Shown here piece after piece: positions 1 through 12,142 of a DNA stretch of 64,000 nt; position 1 is the stretch's first letter; each line of letters starts with the position of its first letter. Source of the DNA: Octopus vulgaris (lineage: Eukaryota); NCBI GenBank assembly GCA_951406725.2, contig OX597820.1, positions 97,154,001 through 97,218,000 of the forward strand. Direction: 5' to 3'. Both the position numbers and the translations under genes were made by a program. Below the pieces are notes generated by a model. That model made no database searches and was not told where the DNA came from. It worked only from the letters and a program-made list of their open reading frames with translations.

Positions 1-997
1 AAATGCTCTGAGACCAACTTCTGCCACATTCCAGGGAGAAAAACTAGAAATAGTTGATAGCTTCCGTTACCTGGGTGACCAAGTTGGGGGGGGGGGGTGC
101 TGAAAGTGTAACTGCTAGAGTAAGAATAGCTTGGGCAAAGTTCAGAGAGCTCTTACCTCTGCTGGTGACAAAAGGCCTCTTGCTCAGAGTAAAAGGCAGA
201 CTGTATGACGCGTGTGTACGAACAGCCATGCTACATGGCAGTGAAACATGGGCCTTGACTGCTGAGGATATGCGTAAGCTCGCAAGAAATGAAACCAGTA
301 TTCTCCAATGGATGTGCAATGTCAGTGTCCATACTTGACAGAGTGTAAGTACCTTGAGAGAAAAGCTGGACCTAAGAAGCATCAGTTGTGGTGTGCAAGA
401 GAGACGTTTGCGCTGGTATGGTCATGTGGCGAGAATGGATGAAGATAGTTGTGTGAAAAAGTGCCACACCCTAGCGGTTGAGGGAACCTATGGAAGAGGA
501 AGACCCAGGAAAACCTGGACAAGGTGATGAAGCACGACCTTCGAACTTTATGTCTCACTGAGGAAATGACTAGAGACCGAGACTGTTGGAAGTATGCTGT
601 GCGTGAGAAGACCCGGCAGGACAAGTGAGACCATAACCCGTGGCCTTCTACACGGGATGTAGCCAGTCCACTTATGCATACCGTTCCTTCTCAGGACACA
701 AAACTGTACTTGAGAAGACCTGTTGAGGCAAGTGAGAATCGAAATCGACCAACATCAATGGAAATTGCAGCTGTGATACTAGTGCCGGTGGTACGTAGCC
801 GTTTTGCCAGACTCATCTGGCACGTAAAAAGCACCCACTACACTCACGGAGTGGTTGGCGTTAGGAAGGGCATCCAGCCATAGAATCATTGCCAGAGCAG
901 ACTGGGCCTGGTGCAGCCTTCTGGCTTCCCAGACCCCAGTTGAACTGTCCAACCCATGCTAGCATGGAAAGCAGACGCTAAGCGATGATGATGATGA
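1..997 (+). mobile_element. 3' part of RTE-type LINE (frameshifted ORF2 end, 3' UTR, (GAT)n tail)
   Basis: Near-identical to 53723-54678; RVRIAWAKFRELLPLL...MLHGSETW; ends CCATGCTAGCATGG...GATGATGAT. Confidence 0.9.
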
Positions 998-1061
998 TAT
1001 ATGTATATATATATATATATATATATACATATATGTATTTATATATATATATACATACATA

Positions 1062-1648
1062 GGTTAATATCTAGATCCGCACCCGGTGGGAAAAATGGAA
1101 ACGAAAATGTGTAACAGTTGTAAGGCATCGTATATTGACGGAATAAGACGGAAAAAAAGCGCGCTGACAAACGGGGGGGGGAGGGGGCTCGGAAAATTGC
1201 CTACGATTTAAAGAAAAATTTACCATCAATTTTCACCATTGTGTTTCTGATTCGCGACCCCATGTCGAATTTATCGATTTTTTTCAGAACTGGGGGGACT
1301 TTTCAAAATTTTCGCTGCGTTAGTTTTGTAAATTTTTCTTTAAATCGTAGGCAATTTTCCGAGCCCCCCCCCCCGCCCGTTTGTCAGCGCGCTTTTTTTC
1401 GTCATATTCCTTCCATATATGGTGCCTTACACCTGTTACACATATTTTTTTCCATTTTTGCCACCTGGGCGTGGATCCTCTACGGTTGATCCTGGGAATT
1501 TCCCGAGCCCCCTCCCCCCAACCCAACCCCCCCCCCCGTTTGTCAGCGCGCTTTTTTTCCGTCTTATTTCGTCAATATACGATGCCTTACAACTGTTACA
1601 CATTTTCGTTTCCATTTTTCCCACCGGGTGCGGATCTAGATATTAACC
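1062..1648. mobile_element. Fold-back MITE with long TIRs
   Basis: GGTTAATATCTAGATCCGCACCCGGTGGG at 1062 and its reverse complement ending at 1648; CATA on both flanks (4-bp TSD). Confidence 0.85.
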
Positions 1649-1966
1649 CATACGACTCCATAGTAACAACAACTAAAGATGGTGCTATGGATTTTTCTTT
1701 GATATCTTCTTGCTTATTTAAATTCAGTTCAATGCACACTTGCCTTGAACCAACCACTTCTCTTTTTGTGTGTGTGTGTTCTTGATAATCGTTTAGAACA
1801 AGTAGTTTTACACCAATTACACTATTTTTTTTTTCCTTTTTTCCGGCCCGGGTCAAACACTATAGTTTTAAGGCCATGGACTGAAGATGTGAATTTTTTT
1901 TTTTGTTTTTGTGTCCGGGTCTAACGCTTCAGTTTGACCCATTAATAAACACTATTGAAGTGAAAT

Positions 1967-2477
1967 GGCGATCGTGTACTTCCGGAAGTGGGCGATCTTA
2001 CGGTATAAGTACCGACGTTAGCATGCCGGGCGAAGTGCTTAGCGGTATTTCGGCTGCCGTTACGTTGTGAGTTCAAATTCCTGCCGAGGTCGACTTTGCC
2101 CTGCATCCTTTCGAGGTAGATAAATTAAGTACCAGTTATGCACCGAGGTCGATGTAATCGACTTAATACCCATGTCTGTCCTTGTTTGTTCCTTCTATGT
2201 TTAGCCCCTTGTGGGTAATAAATAGGTATAAGTACCGATGTACTTCCGGAAGTACCGGATACGTTTCAAAAAGGTGTTATCTTTTGTGTTGGGGTTTGTG
2301 TTAGGGCTAGGGTATGTGGCGATACTTCGGTATATGTACACACGTGACTGTACATTTCTGAAGATAAGAAAAAACCCTTTTCTCCCACCCCTAACCGTAG
2401 CCCTGCCCCACCCCCCACCATATATAAGAAGGAGCACTTTTTTGAAATGTATCCGGTACTTATACCGTAAGATCGCC
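1967..2477. mobile_element. MITE with 8-bp TSD, carrying a nested tRNA-type SINE (~2015-2224)
   Basis: GGCGATC...GATCGCC termini; subterminal IR GGCGATCTTACGGTATAAGTACCG; AGTGAAAT at 1959-1966 and 2478-2485. Confidence 0.8.
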
Positions 2478-2507
2478 AGTGAAATAATAGTTTAACCATA
2501 CAGAGCC

Positions 2508-2830
2508 CTTACCTGTCGACCAAGGCGCGATGAGTGATCACTGCCCTTATCGTGAAGAAAAACACTGCCACGTTACACTTGCCGTCTCTCGTTGAACTGC
2601 ACCGATGTATTTCCTGTCCGCGCATGCGCCCGTTGCTCTTTTGCCGGCGCCTGCATATCTTCACTTCCGTTTACCTCAATTTGCAATCCTCATGACCATC
2701 ACTCCAGAGCTCATTACAGCCCGTAACACTATACATACGATTTTAGAAAACCAAACTTTGTGCGCACGAGTTTGAGGAGCTTTACGATGGTACTACTTCG
2801 CGTAAGCTAGTCGTGACTAGTCGATCCTAC
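2508..2830 (-). promoter_or_regulatory. Putative CpG-rich promoter, first exon and splice donor of a ZNF paralog lying left of the window
   Basis: GCGCATGCGC (NRF1-type) 2620-2629; CACTTCCGT (ETS-type) 2662-2670; minus-strand CAG|GTAAG at 2515-2508; block conserved at 38.8 and 55.2 kb. Confidence 0.6.
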
Positions 2831-3245
2831 AACGACTACCTTGGAAAGTAAATAACACAATGTAAGGATCGACTAGTCATGACTAGCTGGCGTGTGTGTG
2901 TGCTTTTTGGCTGTGTATGTGTGTGCTTCTTCTTGTCTGTGTGTGTGTGTGTGTGTGTATGTGTGTGCTTCTTCTTGTCTGTGTGTGTGTGTGTATGTGT
3001 GTGCGAGCGTGCTTGTTCTTGTCTGTCTGTTTTTACGTATTTCCGTAGGTTGTGGAGTATAGTAGATATAACGAAATTATGCGAGCAATGTCTCATTTTA
3101 AACTTGAAGAAAAAAAAGCCTTGTATATTTGTTCTTCCCTGTTTCAAGTGTGTATGTAAAATCCGCGAATTTCCAAGCAGAAAACAGAATCGAAGTTTAT
3201 GCATCGCAAATATCAGAAAACCAGAATGCCTTATCAGTTATAATA

Positions 3246-3638
3246 CTCTTTTACTTGTTTCAGTCATTTGACTGTGACCGTGCTGGAGCACCGCCATTTG
3301 GTCGAGCGGGTCGACCCCAGGACTTGTTCTTCGTAGGCCTAGTACTTGTTCTGTCCGTCACTGTTTGCCGAACCGCTGGTTTGCGGGGACGTAAACACAC
3401 CAGCATCGGTTGTCAAGCGATGCTGGGGGCAAACACACACACACATACACATATATGGTGTGTTAACGTCCCCGTAATGATGCTGATGTGTTTACGTCCC
3501 CGTAACTTGGCGGTTCGGCTGGGAAAACCGATAGACTACGTACTACGCCTGCATAGAGTTGATTTGCTCGACTAGAGGTGGTGCTCCAGCGTGGCCGCAG
3601 TTAACTGACTGAAACAAGTAAAAGAGTAAAAAAAGAGT
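3246..3638. mobile_element. Composite of SINE 3' halves in opposite orientations
   Basis: GGTGCTCCAGC..GGCC..CAGT..ACTGAAACAAGTAAAAGAG tail on both strands; same block at ~39470-39880 and ~55620-55990. Confidence 0.7.
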
Positions 3639-3703
3639 CTCAACAGATAGAGTGAAAACTCCCGGAATGCTTCATGTATGTGTACAAATGAATGTGTGTG
3701 TGA

Positions 3704-4810
3704 ATCATCATCGTCGTCATGGTTTAACGTCCGCTTTCCATGTTAGCATGGGTTGGACGATTTTGACTGAGGGCTGGCGACCCAGATGGCTGCACCGGGC
3801 TCCACTCTTGATCTGGCAAAGTTTCTACAGCTGGATGCCCTTCCTAACGCCAACCACTCTGAGAATGTAGTGGGTGCTTTTTACATCCCACGGCACGGGG
3901 CCAGTCAGGCGATACTGGCAATAACCTCGCTCAAATCTTTTACACATGTCACTGGCACAGGTTCCAGTAAGGTGACGTTGGTAATGATCACACTCAAATG
4001 GTGCCCCTTTATGTGGCACCGGCACGGAAACCAGTTGGCTGCTCTGGCAACGATCACGCACAGATGGTGCTCTTGGCTCTCTACTAGCACGGGCACAAGT
4101 GCCAGTAAGGCAACGCTGGTAATGATCACACTCGAATGGTGCCCCTTTATGTGGCACCGGCACGGAAGCCAGTTGGCTGCTCTGGCAACGATCACGCACA
4201 GATGGTGCTCTTGGCTCTCTACTAGCACGGGCACAAGTGCCAGTAAGGCAACGCTGGTAACGATCACACTCAAATGGTGCCCCTTTTATGTGCCACTGGC
4301 ACGGAAGCCAGTTGGCTGCTCTGGCAACGATCACACTCGAATGGTGCTCTTAGCACCCTACTAGCACGGGCACAAGTGCTCGTAAGGCATCACTGGTAAC
4401 GATCACACTCGAATGGTGCCCTTTTATGTGCCACTAGCACGGAAGCCGGTTGGCTGCTCTGGCAACGATCACGCACGGATGGTGCTCTTAGCACTCTACT
4501 AGCACGGGCACAAGTGCTCGTAAGGCATCACTGGCAACGATCACACTCGAATGGTGCCCTTTTATGTGCCACTGGCACGGAAGCCGGTTGGCTGCTCTGG
4601 CAACGATCACGCTCGGATGGTGCTCTTGGCACCCTACTAGCACGGGCACAAGTGCCAGTAAGGCAACACTGGTAACGATCACACTCGAATGTAGCCAATT
4701 TATGTGCCACTGGCACGGAAGCCGGTTAACCACACTGTCAATGGTCACACTCGTATGGTGCTCTTTGCACCCCGCTAGCATGGACGCCAGTCATAAATTT
4801 GATTTTGACT
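3704..4810 (-). mobile_element. RTE 3'-UTR-derived non-autonomous element with internal ~126-bp tandem array
   Basis: (CAT)n start, CTGGATGCCCTTCCTAACGCCAACCAC motif, repeated GTGCCACTGGCACGGAAGCC units. Confidence 0.8.
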
Positions 4811-5309
4811 GTATGTGTATGTGCATAAGCTGATGTCTTCACATTATGATAGTTTGACTGTCACTGTCAGTCGAGCAGCATTCTGTTTCCAATCTTCTGT
4901 GTAAATATTTCCAGCCACGGAGAAATATCAGCTAGATTGGAAACAGGTGATGGTTGGTGACCAGAAGCACATCTTCTAGAAATGATGGTGATGACAATGA
5001 TGATGATGATAACCAAACACTAGTGACATCACTGATATATGAGATTATGTCTTAAATCTATTGTTGTATTTAGGAATGGTCATTTTGCCAGTTTAGCCAA
5101 TAAAAACACACGCCCTATATATTTGGTGTTAATTTGCTTCAGCGTTATTTATTTTTTACATTAATCTCAATCTTATTTCGGCAAGTTTTTTCGTCACACT
5201 TCTGTGACCTCAAGCATGTATCTGACTCATACACTGTTCGCTTCCCAGACATTTGTACATTACTGCATATGCTTTATACGTACTTTTGAGAAGTTGTGGT
5301 GCACCTGAG

Positions 5310-5530
5310 CACTGGCAGAAACGTTTGCATGCTGGCTGAAATGCGTAGCCGTATTTCGTCTGTCCTTACGTTCTGAGTTCAAATTCCGCCGAGGTCGACT
5401 TTGCCTTTCATCCTTGAGGGGTCGATAAATTAAGTAACAGTTACGCACTGGGGTTAATGTAATCGACTTAATCCCTTTGTCTGTTCTTGTTTGTCCCCTC
5501 TATGTTTAGACCATTGTGGGCAATAAAGGA
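5310..5530 (+). mobile_element. tRNA-derived SINE
   Basis: B-box-like GAGTTCAAATTCC; core GGTCGACTTTGCCTTTCATCC..GGTCGATAAATTAAGTA; related copies at ~2015, ~41545, ~63400. Confidence 0.7.
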
Positions 5531-5619
5531 ATATATTATTTTTATTATTATTATTTTCATTATTATAAAGTTGCAGTTCTGTATGTACGCAGAGATGTGC
5601 ACTTTCTTTCATTTTAGCA

Positions 5620-5996
<377 letters not shown>

Positions 5997-6008
5997 TTAT
6001 ATATACAA

Positions 6009-6765
6009 TGTCCTAAGCAGTTCTGGGTCACTTACAACATATAGTACTTTGCCACACTTTTATTTTTTTTATTTATTTATACCTACCCGTATAATGGTCT
6101 AAATAGCTTGCCCTTTGTAAATTTAACAGACCAATTATTCTGAATGCTGGATCTTGGTCAATCCCATTATTGGTGGTTGGACTTTACCACATATCAGTAA
6201 GTAAATAATTGAAATTAACTGTCAGGCACTTTATTATCATAAACCATTAATTAGTACTGTAAACATAATTATTAAGAACTATTATGATTACTTCAAAACA
6301 TTATGGCACTCTCACTCCCTCTTTGTCTAAACCTACTGGCGTATTCTGTTGTAAATTTTTTTTATTTTTACTTCTTTTATTACTTATCCACCCTATTACC
6401 CCCATAGAAACATTAACCCACTAATTACTGTCTTAAGTTTAGTCATTTACTGAATGACCCAAAGCGACACATAAGCAAAATGGTATGACTTAAACATATT
6501 AAGCCTTTCCTTTTCTTCTCGGGGCACTTCTTTTCTTTTATGTATGTATTTTTCTTCACTCTGATGAAGCTCCATTTTCCATATCAAATTTATTACCAAA
6601 TATGATAAATATTATCTTTAGAATATCAATGGCTATACCACATAACATTGGAAGCAGAAACAGCTGTTAGATGGGATACATTTTATTTGTATTGAATTAA
6701 AAAATAATAATTGATCTAAGTCAATTGTTGATCAGTATTTCTCCATTTTCTATTTACTTTAAATT
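6009..6765 (+). mobile_element. Probable Penelope-like terminal-repeat remnant with hammerhead-like motif (~6557-6673)
   Basis: CTGATGA-AGCTCC...GGAAGCA-GAAA-CAGCTG-TT; flanked by (TA)n. Confidence 0.5.
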
Positions 6766-6809
6766 ATATATATACAGACAGAACAGATTTTATTTAAGAT
6801 ATATATATA

Positions 6810-7008
6810 CCTCCCCTGTTCGAAGGTTATAATGGACACAGGTTTGTGTGTCATATAGCTAGCTAGAGGCGATGGCCTCTTGGAGCTAATCAACGGCAGC
6901 TTTAGTCTTATATTTATGGACTACCATATTAGCTTGGCGATAACTATTATTATCCAGTACTACTGCCGTAGTCTCCTTTAGAGAGAAATAGAAATTTTAA
7001 TATTTCTA
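6810..7008 (+). mobile_element. Fragment of the repeat family also at 36146-36350 (opposite orientation)
   Basis: AGGCGATGGCCTC.TGGAGCTAAT and GGCGATAACTA shared with reverse complement of 36146-36350. Confidence 0.6.
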
Positions 7009-7889
7009 TATATATCATCATCATCGTTTAACGTCCGTTTTCCGCGCTAGCACGGGTTGCATACATATAATAACAATTTAACAATTAAAACATATATGTA
7101 CATACCTACATCTATATGTATATATACATGCATATATATATATATATATATATATATGAGTACAGGACACCACAAATAAATGTAGAACACGAGAAACGAA
7201 AAAATAAAATCAAACAAGGAAACAGACTTTTTTTAACAATGAAAAAACAGAGTACAAGACAAACAATACAAGGAATATTCCCCTTCATCAGCTGCCCCTG
7301 GTTTGACTCAATGCGTGTTTCGAAGTTAAGGGCAGAACACGATCCGGCCGAAGCAGTCCTTCCTGCAAAATGAATTAAATAAAATTCTTTCGCAGAGGGG
7401 TAAAAAAAAAAAAAAGACAAGAACAGGACGTAAAAGTAATACAAATAAATAAAAATACAGAACACATAAAGAATAAAAACAGGACAAGGAAACCAACAAT
7501 AAAGGCTTTTTATATATACATATATATGTACAAGGGAGTACTGAAAAGTCCCTGGCTTGAAGAGTATCAGAGAGGGTCTGGTTGAAGGCCCAACCTTCTG
7601 AGTTCTTTTACTGGGCTTACAAAAACTGAAGGACTACTGCAACAAGTGTGAATCTGAGAGGGGATTATGCTGAATAGAGTTACAATTAACTGATCCTCCT
7701 CTATTTCCCTTTAACCAAAATCAGGAACTTTTCAGCACCCTCTTGTATATACGTGTGTGCACACACTTGTATATACACATGCATATTTATATATACCTAT
7801 GCATGTGTGTGTGAGTGTGCATGCATGTTTGTTTACATTTCTTAGATTGATGAAATCTGTAAAGTATGTTATTCCTTACTTTTTTTTCA

Positions 7890-8207
7890 TTTCATCTAGT
7901 TTCAGCTCACGAGCTGCGGCCATGCTGGGGCACCGCCATTTGGTGTTGCTACATAATTTTACTTCACGAATGCTTCTTAGCAATTGACATTTGGTGCATG
8001 AGAGAGTTTGATGCAGCTGCCCTCATCTGCACTGCCTGCCGTGAAGTTGGTCCATCTGGGACACCTGACAGGAAGAGGTCCAGCTTTATTATAAAATCAT
8101 CTGCATCCACCCTCAGGAGGATATTGAGGAGCTGTGGACCTCTGAAGACCAGGCTGTCGCAGTATCTTGTCCTACATCTTGATGGCAAGTTTGGAGTCCT
8201 TGGCAAA
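7890..8207 (-). mobile_element. 5'-truncated 3' end of CR1-group LINE
   Basis: PNLPSRCRTRYCDSL...KLDLFLSGVPD..RAAASNSL matches C-terminus of 18136-20217. Confidence 0.85.
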
Positions 8208-9171
8208 GGAAATAAAAATACCCTGAAAACAAAACAGTTAAATATCTAATTTCTTATACACAGCAATACCTCACCTTATGAGAACCTGCTCTACGAGACC
8301 CTGGGTTTACAAGTTTTTTTTTCACCTCACTTTTCTATGATGAGCTGAAATTTTTCAAGCACAAGATCCATATATTGAATGAAGTCCAAAAGTTTCTACT
8401 ACGATAACAAATGCTTCTGCATGTTACCAAGAAATTTATAGAGGGCAAAATCTCTAGACTTGTTTTTTAAAAAGAAATCTACAAGTCTGTCTATGAGTGC
8501 TTGTGAATTGGTGATTGTGTCTACAAGTGATGGTGTATTTAAGTCTAGTGAAAAATGAAAGTAATTCAGAAAACCATAATAATAATAATATTTTTATTAT
8601 AAATGATCTTGACATTCTTTTTACTTTACATAAAATATTCTTTACATTCTCCTGTTGTTTTATTGCCATTTATTTATGAGTATTATAAATTTTACAGGTA
8701 GAATATTTTTCTGGGAACCAATTAGGATTTAAAACACTGCTCCTATGGGAGATAATTGTTCTGCTTTACAAGCGGACTCTGTGAACTCGCATATCAAGGC
8801 ATTATTTTATACATATTTGTGTGCGTGAAAATGATAAACTAAATACAATTTCAGGTATAGTTTTATTTGGACTAAAATACCAGCAATGTCAGTGCAAAAC
8901 CTTTTACTACAGTTCACCTGCATTTAGTCAGGCACTCTCACTCTTTTTCGTTGCTTTAGTCTTCTACTAGCGACACAAACAGGACATGTGTTGTGTTTTA
9001 TTATTTGTAAGATAATCTTATAGAAGATATTACCTGCATAGAAAGAATTATGATACAGATACACTCACTCACTTGTATGAACACATTACTTGTGTAATCA
9101 ATTGTCTTTTTGGGGGAATGATTTATCACAGATATCACAGTGATATAGCTTCTCCATTTACTTATGTATAG

Positions 9172-10818
9172 TTAAGTTACCATTTTGAAAGAAGGATGTA
9201 TTATAGATTTTTCACCCGCATGAATGGATTTGTGTTTAGTTAGCTGTTTATTTTCAGAGAATGATTCATCACAGACATGACAGTGATAGGGTTTCTCTCC
9301 TGTATGAATACGTTTGTGTCTAACTAGAATCTCTTTCTGAGTAAATGATTTCCCACAGATATCACAGTGATACGGTTTCAATCCTGTGTGAGTGAATTCG
9401 TGTCTAGATAGTTTATTTCTTTCAGAGAATGATTTACCACAGATATCACAGTGATATGGCTTCTCTCCTGTATGAACATGTTTGTGTATAGTTAAACGCT
9501 CATTTCGAGAGAATGATTCACCGCAGATATCACAGTGATATGGCTTCTCTCCTGTATGAATGCGTTTGTGTTTAGTTAAGCTACTCCTACAAGAGAATGA
9601 TTTACCACAAATGTCACAGTCAAATGGCTTCTCTCCTGTATGAATACGTTTGTGAGTAGTTAAGTGACTATTTAAGGTGAATGATTTACCACAGATATCA
9701 CACCGATATGGTTTCTCCCCTGTGTGAGTGTATTTATGTGTAGATAGTGTATTTTGTTCAAAGAAAGATTTACCACAGACATCGCACTGATATGGTTTCT
9801 CTCCTGTATGAATGAGTATGTGTTTAGTTAATCTAACTGCTTCGGAGAATGATTTACCACAAATATTACAGTCGTATGGCTTCTCTCCTGTATGAATGAG
9901 TTTGTGTCTAGTTAAGCAATTACTTTGCGCGAATGATTTACCACAGATATTGCAGTGATATGGTTTCTCCCCTGTGTGAGTGTATTTGTGTCTAGATAGT
10001 CGATTTCCTTCAGAGAATGATTTACCACAGATATCACACTGATATGGTTTCTCCCCTGAATGAATGCGTTGATGTCTAGTTAAGTCAAACCTTAGAGAAA
10101 ATGATTTACCACAGATATCGCAGTGATATGGCTTCTCTCCTGTGTGAACATGTTTGTGTCTAACTAGTTGAATTCTTTCAGTGAATGATTTACCACAGAT
10201 ATCGCAGTGATATGGCTTCTCTCCTGTATGAATGCGTTTGTGTCTAGTTACTTCACTGCTACGTGTGAGTGATTTACCACAGATATCACACTGATATGGC
10301 CTCTCTCCTGTATGAACAAGTATGTGTTTAGTTACGTCACCACTTTGAGAGAATGATTGACCACAGATATCACAGCGGTATGCCCTCTTTCCTGTATGAA
10401 CAAGTTTGTGTGTAGTTAAGTCACGCCTTAGATAGAATGATTTACCACAGATATCGCAGTGATATGGATCCTCTCCTGTGTGAACGGATTTGTGTCTAAA
10501 TAGTTTATTTCTTTCGGAGAATGATTTACCACAGATATCGCAGTGATATGGCTTCTCTCCTGTATGGACGAGTTTGTGTTTAGTTAAGTTACCTCCTGTG
10601 GAGAATGATTTACCACAAACGTTACAGTCATATGGTTTCTCTCCTGTATGAATACGTTTGTGAACAATGAGTTTAGTTTTTTGAGAGAATGACTTTTTAC
10701 ATATATCACAAGAATAGGGTTTTTTTCCTGCATCTTTTGGCATCTCATCAAGAAAATCATTATTGTCAAACTCTGATTTACATTTAACACTGCCTTCACA
10801 GAATTCATTTTCCATCAT
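9172..10818 (-). CDS. Tandem C2H2 zinc-finger protein, 18 fingers, 548 aa (paralog A)
   Basis: 18 CxxC-x12-HxxxH units with TGEKP-type linkers; short acidic N-terminus; no recognisable effector domain. Confidence 0.95.
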   Translation of the reverse strand: MMENEFCEGSVKCKSEFDNNDFLDEMPKDAGKKPYSCDICKKSFSQKTKLIVHKRIHTGEKPYDCNVCGKSFSTGGNLTKHKLVHTGEKPYHCDICGKSFSERNKLFRHKSVHTGEDPYHCDICGKSFYLRRDLTTHKLVHTGKRAYRCDICGQSFSQSGDVTKHILVHTGERPYQCDICGKSLTRSSEVTRHKRIHTGEKPYHCDICGKSFTERIQLVRHKHVHTGEKPYHCDICGKSFSLRFDLTRHQRIHSGEKPYQCDICGKSFSEGNRLSRHKYTHTGEKPYHCNICGKSFAQSNCLTRHKLIHTGEKPYDCNICGKSFSEAVRLTKHILIHTGEKPYQCDVCGKSFFEQNTLSTHKYTHTGEKPYRCDICGKSFTLNSHLTTHKRIHTGEKPFDCDICGKSFSCRSSLTKHKRIHTGEKPYHCDICGESFSRNERLTIHKHVHTGEKPYHCDICGKSFSERNKLSRHEFTHTGLKPYHCDICGKSFTQKEILVRHKRIHTGEKPYHCHVCDESFSENKQLTKHKSIHAGEKSIIHPSFKMVT

Positions 10819-11183
10819 TTTCTTCCTTTTACCACAATGTTGAGATGTTTTACTTTTTTTTAACTAAATTTTTTTTTTTTATTAACAAATATTTATTCTC
10901 TTTATATTTCCTAAATCTTCTGTTATCTGAAGAAGCCTCAAACTCCTTTGTAATCCAAGTTTAATTAGAATATCATATCATCTTCAAAACATTCCAGACA
11001 GTGAAGTAGAGATATTTCGCTAATAGTCTCACTCGGAAGAAATATTCCAAAGTAATTCCACCATGTGTTTACATATTCCGTGTGATGTCTGTTCCCTGTG
11101 ATGTTTACTTTTAATCTTTAACAGATGGCAAACGTTGATTCTGACCAGTGAAGTATTCTTTGCTGCCAAAGTCTTCTGGTTAT

Positions 11184-11235
11184 CTGAAATATCAGAGAAA
11201 CTCAGTCAATCAGAGAGGAGACATAGAAAATTTAA
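11184..11235 (-). promoter_or_regulatory. Putative splice acceptor of ZNF-A coding exon
   Basis: Minus strand pyrimidine tract ...GATATTTCAG|ATAAC; same site at 51083 in paralog B. Confidence 0.6.
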
Positions 11236-11460
11236 GGTTAAATAATAGAAATTTGACAGTATTACGACAATGACAAATTGAAAATTCCTTGTCAGTTTCA
11301 TATTTGAATCAATCTGGAAGTAAAATTTAAATGAAGGCAAAGAAATAGATGTCCTGATGCTCTGTTTAGACACTGCTGGAAGGTTAGATAAAGTAGGATT
11401 TCTGAAAATTCTACCATAGGTACAGGCATAGCTGTGTGGTAAGAAGCTTGCTTCCCGCGC

Positions 11461-11648
11461 ATGCGTCAATCTGTTTGGTGTGCTGGGTTTTGACGAGACG
11501 GATAGAATTTCCCGAGCTGCTTGGCGGCGGTTTGTCGGTGAGTGTTGTACCAGTAGAAAGGAATATATTCAGTTTGGTTTGAAATAAAGAACTTCTTTAG
11601 CTTAATAATCCTAACTTAATGCCGGGCAAAGCTGGGTTATACTGCTAG
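11461..11648 (+). mobile_element. Helitron-like 3' end (5' limit uncertain)
   Basis: CCGGGCAAAGCTGGG then CTAG; paralogous copy ends CTAG|T at 51529. Confidence 0.55.
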
Positions 11649-12142
11649 CATCATCATCATCGTTTAACGTCCGTTTTCCATGCTAGCATGGGTTGGACGG
11701 TTCAACTGGGGTCTGGGAAGCCAGAAGGCTGCGCCAGGCCCAGTCTAATATGGCAGTGTTTCTACAGCTGGATGCCCTTCCTAACGCCAATATATATATA
11801 TGTACATATATATGTGTGTGTGTGTGTGTACATATATATATATATACATATATACATGTATGTATATATATGTGTGTGTATATATATACATATAATTATA
11901 TATATATATATATACACATATATGTGTGTATATATATGTATATATATATATATACATATAATTATATATATATATATATATACATATATATGTATATATA
12001 TACATATAATTATATATATATACATATATATGTATATATATACATATAATTATATATATATACATATATATGTATGTATGTATATATATATACATATATA
12101 TGTATGTATGTATATATATATACATATAATTATATATATATA

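Noticed and set aside
3786-4833. Repetitive ORFs and CRISPR-like periodicity (also 40092-40965, 25438-26593)
   Set aside because: Units repeat in full with no unique spacers, no cas genes, eukaryotic context; they are RTE 3'-UTR tandem repeats
7270-7345. Minus-strand GAAAC...CTGATGA as a type II hammerhead
   Set aside because: Core words are present but I could not build consistent stems I and III
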